A DNA stretch of 64,000 bases from Gammaproteobacteria bacterium (GTDB taxonomy: Bacteria; Pseudomonadota; Gammaproteobacteria; Steroidobacterales; Steroidobacteraceae): NCBI GenBank assembly GCA_030038755.1, contig JASHSK010000221.1, positions 1,104 to 65,103 of the forward strand, written 5' to 3'. The notes beneath the pieces were generated by a model. The model was not told the DNA's origin. It made no database searches and saw only the letters and a list, made by a program, of their open reading frames with translations. Position 1 is the first letter of the stretch. Every line of letters begins with the position of its first letter. The position numbers and the translations under genes are program-made. Positions 60,129 through 64,000 of the stretch are shown in pieces.

Positions 60129-61321
60129 GGCTTGCGTCGCGCGACCGTGAAGGTCTCATCGTTGAACCACAGCCCGCCGTGCTTCTGCAGCACCGCCTGC
60201 GTCGCCTCCAGATAGGCGCCGTTGTTGGCCGGCTCGAGCCGCTCGTCCTCGATCTGATTGACGTAGATGGCGGCATTCCAGGCTGCGTACAGCGTGGAGG
60301 TGCCGATGCGGTCGCTGATTTCCGAGGGCAGCGTGTGCATGTCGTAACGGAACACCGCCTTCTCGTCCGCGTAGGAGCCGAAGGTGAAGTCCCTGGCGTC
60401 ACGCCCGAGCTCGGTCTTGAGGGCGGCGATGAGCTGATGACGGTCGACCGCGAAGGGGTTCTCCCCCGGCCACACGCGCTGGATGATCTCGAGGCCCGGA
60501 TCCTTGCCGAAGGACTGGATCACGAGCATGCGCCCATTGGGTGCCAGGCTCGAGGCGAGCGGCGCGAGCACTTTCTGTGCCTTGAACTGTGCCGACATGC
60601 GCGCGCGCCAGGGCTGCGAGGCGAGCACCAGATCGTAACTGTCGAAGATGCGCCCGGGCTTGGGGATCACCGCATCGAGCAGGAACTTGTGATCGTCGCG
60701 ATAGATGACGAGCACCGAGGGACGCACGTGAATCGGATTGCCGGTCTTGGGACTCGGTCTGGTCTGCCACCCATAGAAAAGCGTGGGCGCGAGCTCCTCG
60801 ATCTGCTCGGAGTACTCGGCCGAGGAGTCGCCCGTGAGGCGCACTTCCTGCCAGTTCAGAGCGGCCACCGAGGGCTCGTCACGCGGCATCAGCCGCGGGG
60901 CCTCGGCATAGTTGAGATTGGTGACCACCAGCACCGTGGCCGGATGCTCGTAGAAGCGATCGGGCATCTTGTCCAGACCGAGGCGCACATCCTCGAGGGA
61001 AATTTCCTTCGCGACTGCCAGCAGCGGGACGGTGGGAAACAGGTGGTGCGTGCTGCGCATGAGGCGCGAGAGCACCGTGGCATCGCCCATGCCCGCATCA
61101 AACACACGCAGCGCCGGCGGCGAGGGGCGCAGATGACCGAGCTCCTGCGCGGCGCGGCGCGCGACCGCGGACTTCTCGTTGCAGGTGTTGACGAAGGCGA
61201 GATATTTCTGACGGTTGTCGTAGAAGCGAAACGGCGGCTTGCCGTCCGCCGCTGCGGCGGGCGCTGCATCCGGCGCAGCAGTCTTCAGCTCGGTGGTTTT
61301 GGAATTGGGTGCGAGGTTCAT
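60125..61321 (-). CDS. uncharacterised protein with class I SAM-methyltransferase-like motifs
   Basis: VFDAGMGDATVL (motif I-like), LLAVAKEIS (acidic post-I position) and LAPNGRMLVIQSFG (motif IV/V-like). Its stop overlaps the metF-like ATG (ATGA). ATG at 61321; the track ORF extends to 61384. Confidence 0.45.
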   Translation of the reverse strand: MNLAPNSKTTELKTAAPDAAPAAAADGKPPFRFYDNRQKYLAFVNTCNEKSAVARRAAQELGHLRPSPPALRVFDAGMGDATVLSRLMRSTHHLFPTVPLLAVAKEISLEDVRLGLDKMPDRFYEHPATVLVVTNLNYAEAPRLMPRDEPSVAALNWQEVRLTGDSSAEYSEQIEELAPTLFYGWQTRPSPKTGNPIHVRPSVLVIYRDDHKFLLDAVIPKPGRIFDSYDLVLASQPWRARMSAQFKAQKVLAPLASSLAPNGRMLVIQSFGKDPGLEIIQRVWPGENPFAVDRHQLIAALKTELGRDARDFTFGSYADEKAVFRYDMHTLPSEISDRIGTSTLYAAWNAAIYVNQIEDERLEPANNGAYLEATQAVLQKHGGLWFNDETFTVARRKP

Positions 61322-61378
61322 TGGCTCCGGCCCCCTTTGCGGAGCGCAAACAGTACCGGTTTGCCGCGCGGCAATGAA

Positions 61379-61393
61379 ATCCAAAGTTTGGAT
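61379..61393. promoter_or_regulatory. perfect 15-bp palindrome ATCCAAAgTTTGGAT (T-N11-A, LysR-box-like) upstream of the methyl-cycle gene string
   Basis: Read directly. It lies 58-72 nt upstream of the ATG at 61321 in a locally AT-rich patch, immediately downstream of a LysR-family gene. Confidence 0.4.
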
Positions 61394-61459
61394 AACTGGT
61401 ATAGCGGCGGCGACGTGCGGGGTCCTGCGGCGCTGCAGCGGTCCAACGACGTCCGCGGC

Positions 61460-62386
61460 TCAGGCGGGTCGCGCGGCGTCCGCGATCAGGCGGCGCATCC
61501 ACGCATGGCCCGGGTCCGGCTCGCTGCGGCGGTGCCAGAACAGCATGACGCGACCCTGCAGCGTCAGCCCCGGGGGCAGCGGGAAGATGCGGATCGCCAG
61601 CGAGGGGCGCAGCAGCGTCGCGAGCGTTTCGGGCATGATGGCCAGCAGCGTCGTCCCCGGCAGCATGAAGGGCACCTCCAGGACGTTCTCGGTGGTGGCG
61701 CGCACATTAAGTCGCAACCCGAGCTCGCGGCGCACGATATCCTCGGTGGGCAGCATTTCCCCGGGCGAGCGCACATAGATGTGCGGCAGGCTCAGGTACT
61801 GCTCACGTGTCAGCTCCTCGCGCACCGTGGGATGATCGGCCGAGGCCACACACACCCAGTGCACCCGCAGCAGCTCGGTGCGTGCCAGCCACTCGGGAAA
61901 GCTCTGCACGCCGAGCAGCTCCGGGTTGTCGGGCATCACCAGGAAATCGATGTCGCCGGCGGCGAGCTTGTCCACGCCCGAGCGCGACCACGCGACGAAG
62001 CGCAGCTGCACTCCTGGGGCCTCCGGGACGACGCGCTGCAGCAGCCGCGCGGACAGCCGGGGTATCAGCAGATCCGACAGCATCACCGAGAAGCCGCGGC
62101 GGGTCGCCGCAGGGTCGAAGATGGGCTGCGTACCGAGCGTCGCCTGGATGTGCAGCAGCGTGCTACGCACCGGCTCGAGCAGCGAGGCACCCCGTGGCGT
62201 GAGCTCGAAGTCGCGGCCGACGCGCACCAGCAGCTCGTCGTTGAAGTACTCGCGCAGCCGGTGCAGCGCCGCGCTCATGGCGGGCTGAGAAACGTGGATA
62301 TGCTCGGCGGCGCGGGTGACGTTCTTGTGGTGCAGCACCGCGTCCAGGGCAATCAGCAGGTTCAGGTCGAAGCCGCTCAGGCGCAT
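61460..62386 (-). CDS. LysR-family transcriptional regulator
   Basis: N-terminal wHTH FDLNLLIALDAVLHHKNVTRAAEHIHVSQPAMSAALHRLREYF plus a LysR substrate-binding domain. 308 aa. Confidence 0.92.
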   Translation of the reverse strand: MRLSGFDLNLLIALDAVLHHKNVTRAAEHIHVSQPAMSAALHRLREYFNDELLVRVGRDFELTPRGASLLEPVRSTLLHIQATLGTQPIFDPAATRRGFSVMLSDLLIPRLSARLLQRVVPEAPGVQLRFVAWSRSGVDKLAAGDIDFLVMPDNPELLGVQSFPEWLARTELLRVHWVCVASADHPTVREELTREQYLSLPHIYVRSPGEMLPTEDIVRRELGLRLNVRATTENVLEVPFMLPGTTLLAIMPETLATLLRPSLAIRIFPLPPGLTLQGRVMLFWHRRSEPDPGHAWMRRLIADAARPA

Positions 62387-62502
62387 GTCAGGTTCGGTCG
62401 GACCGTGGTGCCGGCAGGGTCAGCAACCGCGCACCGCCCAGCCTCCTGGCGCTGCGGGTCCCGCGGCCCTGGCGGCGGATCCTGCTGCGGCACGACTCCC
62501 TC

Positions 62503-62526
62503 ATAATGTTTAAACAAATCAATTAT
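62503..62526. promoter_or_regulatory. AT-rich dyad ATAAT-N14-ATTAT (contains GTTTAAAC) in the lysR/fdhD divergent intergenic region
   Basis: Read directly. It is the only AT-rich patch in the 266-bp intergenic region. Confidence 0.35.
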
Positions 62527-62652
62527 ATCCGCGCGGCCGACGCGGCGGGGGTAAACCTGCATGCACCGCCGGCCGCAGCGGACAGAATCCCGGGCTGGCC
62601 CCAGCGGCGGGCTTTCCCGCAGGTGCAGGCGCCGGCTGGGCGAGGCGGTATC

Positions 62653-63537
62653 ATGACGAGCATGGAAACTGTCGTCGCGCCAGATCAGGTCGACGCGCCG
62701 CCGGCCCCCAGCGGCACGATGAACGTGCGCGTGCTGAAGGCCGGTCTCGAATCCCGATCCGAGAAGGACGATCGAGTGGCCGTCGAAGGGCCGCTGGAGT
62801 ACATGCTGCAGCATCCTCTGCTCGGTCTCGAGCCCATTTCCTTCGGGACGACCATGAGGACACCGGGAGACGATGAAAATCTCGCCGTCGGGCTGCTGTA
62901 TGGAGAAGGAATCATCAGCCGGCCCGGCGACGTCGATGCGATCGAGTCCAGCACGCGCCGCCCCAACGTCGTCAATGTTCGGCTGCGTCCGGAGGTGCAG
63001 TTCGAGCTGCAGCCACCGACGCGGCGATTCTCGGCGGGCTCGAGCTGCGGCGTCTGCGGCACGACCGGACTGGACGGTGCGATTGCCAGGGCGGCCGCCA
63101 CACGCATCGCCGAGGGCGGTGCGGTCGAGCTGGCGACGTTGCTGAGCCTGCCCGACGTCATGCGCAGGCAGCAATCGAAGTTTGGCGACACCGGCGGCGT
63201 GCACGCCGCCGCGTTGTTCGACTTCGCGGGCAATCTGCACAGCATTGCCGAGGATGTGGGGCGCCACAACGCGCTCGACAAATTGGTAGGCAGGAATTTG
63301 ATGGCTGGGCGCCTGCCACTCGAGCAACACATCGTGCTGCTGAGCGGGCGCGCCAGCTATGAGCTCGTGCAGAAGGCGCTGCGCGCCGGCGTCGCGGTGC
63401 TCGCCGCCATCGGCGCCCCCTCCAGTCTGGCAGTCAACCTGGCGCGCGCTTCGGGGCTGACACTGGCGGGTTTCGTGCGCTCGACGCAGTGTAACGTGTA
63501 CTCGAATCCGCAGCGTCTTGCCGCCGCACGGCATTGA
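62653..63537 (+). CDS. fdhD: formate dehydrogenase accessory sulfurtransferase FdhD
   Basis: SSCGVCG cysteine motif, EDVGRHNALDKLVG, and LLSGRASYELVQKA. The ATG at 62653 gives a ~294 aa product. The track ORF start at 62506 lies in the AT-rich promoter-like patch. Confidence 0.88.
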   Translation: MTSMETVVAPDQVDAPPAPSGTMNVRVLKAGLESRSEKDDRVAVEGPLEYMLQHPLLGLEPISFGTTMRTPGDDENLAVGLLYGEGIISRPGDVDAIESSTRRPNVVNVRLRPEVQFELQPPTRRFSAGSSCGVCGTTGLDGAIARAAATRIAEGGAVELATLLSLPDVMRRQQSKFGDTGGVHAAALFDFAGNLHSIAEDVGRHNALDKLVGRNLMAGRLPLEQHIVLLSGRASYELVQKALRAGVAVLAAIGAPSSLAVNLARASGLTLAGFVRSTQCNVYSNPQRLAAARH

Positions 63538-64000
63538 GCTGCGCGCTCGCGTCGCAGCCCGCTCGTGGATCGTTGGAGGCGTTACGCCTATCACCGTACA
63601 ACAGGCCGAAGAGGCCATTCTGACTCACCTCGCGGTTCTGCCGGCGGAGATGCAGCCGTTGGAGCGCTGTATCGGGCAGACGTTGCGCCAGGACGTGTTC
63701 GCCGAACGGGATAATCCTCCCTTCGATCGCGTGTGTATGGATGGGATCGCGATTGCCAGCGAGACGTTCGGGCGCGGACTGCGGCGTTTCCGGATCGAAT
63801 CCATGCAGCCTGCCGGCGCTCCTGCGCTCAGCCTATCCGATCCCGCGAACGCGGTCGAAGTGATGACAGGGGCGATGCTGCCGGCGGGCACCGATTGCAT
63901 CATTCCGCTCGAGGAGTATGAACTGGACGGGGGTGCGGCCGCTCTGAAGCCGCAGGCGATCGGGACCGCTTCGCGGAACATTCAGCGTCGCGGAGCGGAC
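63518..64000 (+). CDS. moeA: molybdopterin molybdenumtransferase MoeA, N-terminal part (runs off window)
   Basis: The frame is open to base 64000 and is not in the ORF track because no stop is seen. ITVQQAEEAIL...LERCIGQTLRQDVFAERDNPPFDRVCMDGIAI...VEVMTGAMLPAGTDCIIPLE is the canonical MoeA N-terminus. The start is unresolved; an in-frame TTG at 63518 overlaps the fdhD end. Confidence 0.8.
   Translation, partial: MPPHGIELRARVAARSWIVGGVTPITVQQAEEAILTHLAVLPAEMQPLERCIGQTLRQDVFAERDNPPFDRVCMDGIAIASETFGRGLRRFRIESMQPAGAPALSLSDPANAVEVMTGAMLPAGTDCIIPLEEYELDGGAAALKPQAIGTASRNIQRRGAD

Overview
GC-rich (strong GC3 bias) proteobacterial-type chromosomal segment. There are no rRNA or tRNA genes, CRISPR arrays or recognisable mobile elements. 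All functional calls come from motif and homology recognition by eye; no database was searched.

Gene content, in order:
- The 3' ~97% of rpoC.
- A monoheme cytochrome c and an NmrA-like gene.
- A divergent pair of short MetE-like Zn-methyltransferase genes.
- A FecI/FecR/FecA-type cell-surface-signalling unit (ECF sigma, anti-sigma, STN-domain TonB receptor).
- Divergently from that unit, a paralogous TonB receptor interrupted by a single in-frame TAG. It is followed by a tight operon of five paralogous signal-peptide proteins (two related families), a metal-ligand-degenerate MBL-fold protein and an omega-aminotransferase.
- A small redox island: triheme cytochrome c, lactate-type permease, two cytochromes c', a COG4315 protein and a HiPIP.
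- A four-gene operon: unknown secreted protein, DUF1592-type protein, Tat-signal DUF1552 protein, COG4315-repeat protein.
- A Vgb-like beta-propeller.
- A third TonB receptor with class V aminotransferase, Gfo/Idh/MocA oxidoreductase, EboE-like TIM barrel and a third MetE-like gene.
- A YdiJ-like FAD/Fe-S dehydrogenase operon.
- A divergent 816-aa transketolase-like protein.
- An eight-gene same-strand C1/activated-methyl-cycle string: methyltransferase-like unknown, metF-like, adenosine kinase, metK, ahcY, folD, fhs, 5-formyl-THF cyclo-ligase.
- A LysR regulator, fdhD and the start of moeA.

Best candidates for undescribed biology:
- The secreted paralogue array with its pseudo-MBL protein (16035-21848).
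- The DUF1592/DUF1552/COG4315 operon (29635-35357).
- The methyltransferase-like gene translationally coupled to metF (60125-61321).
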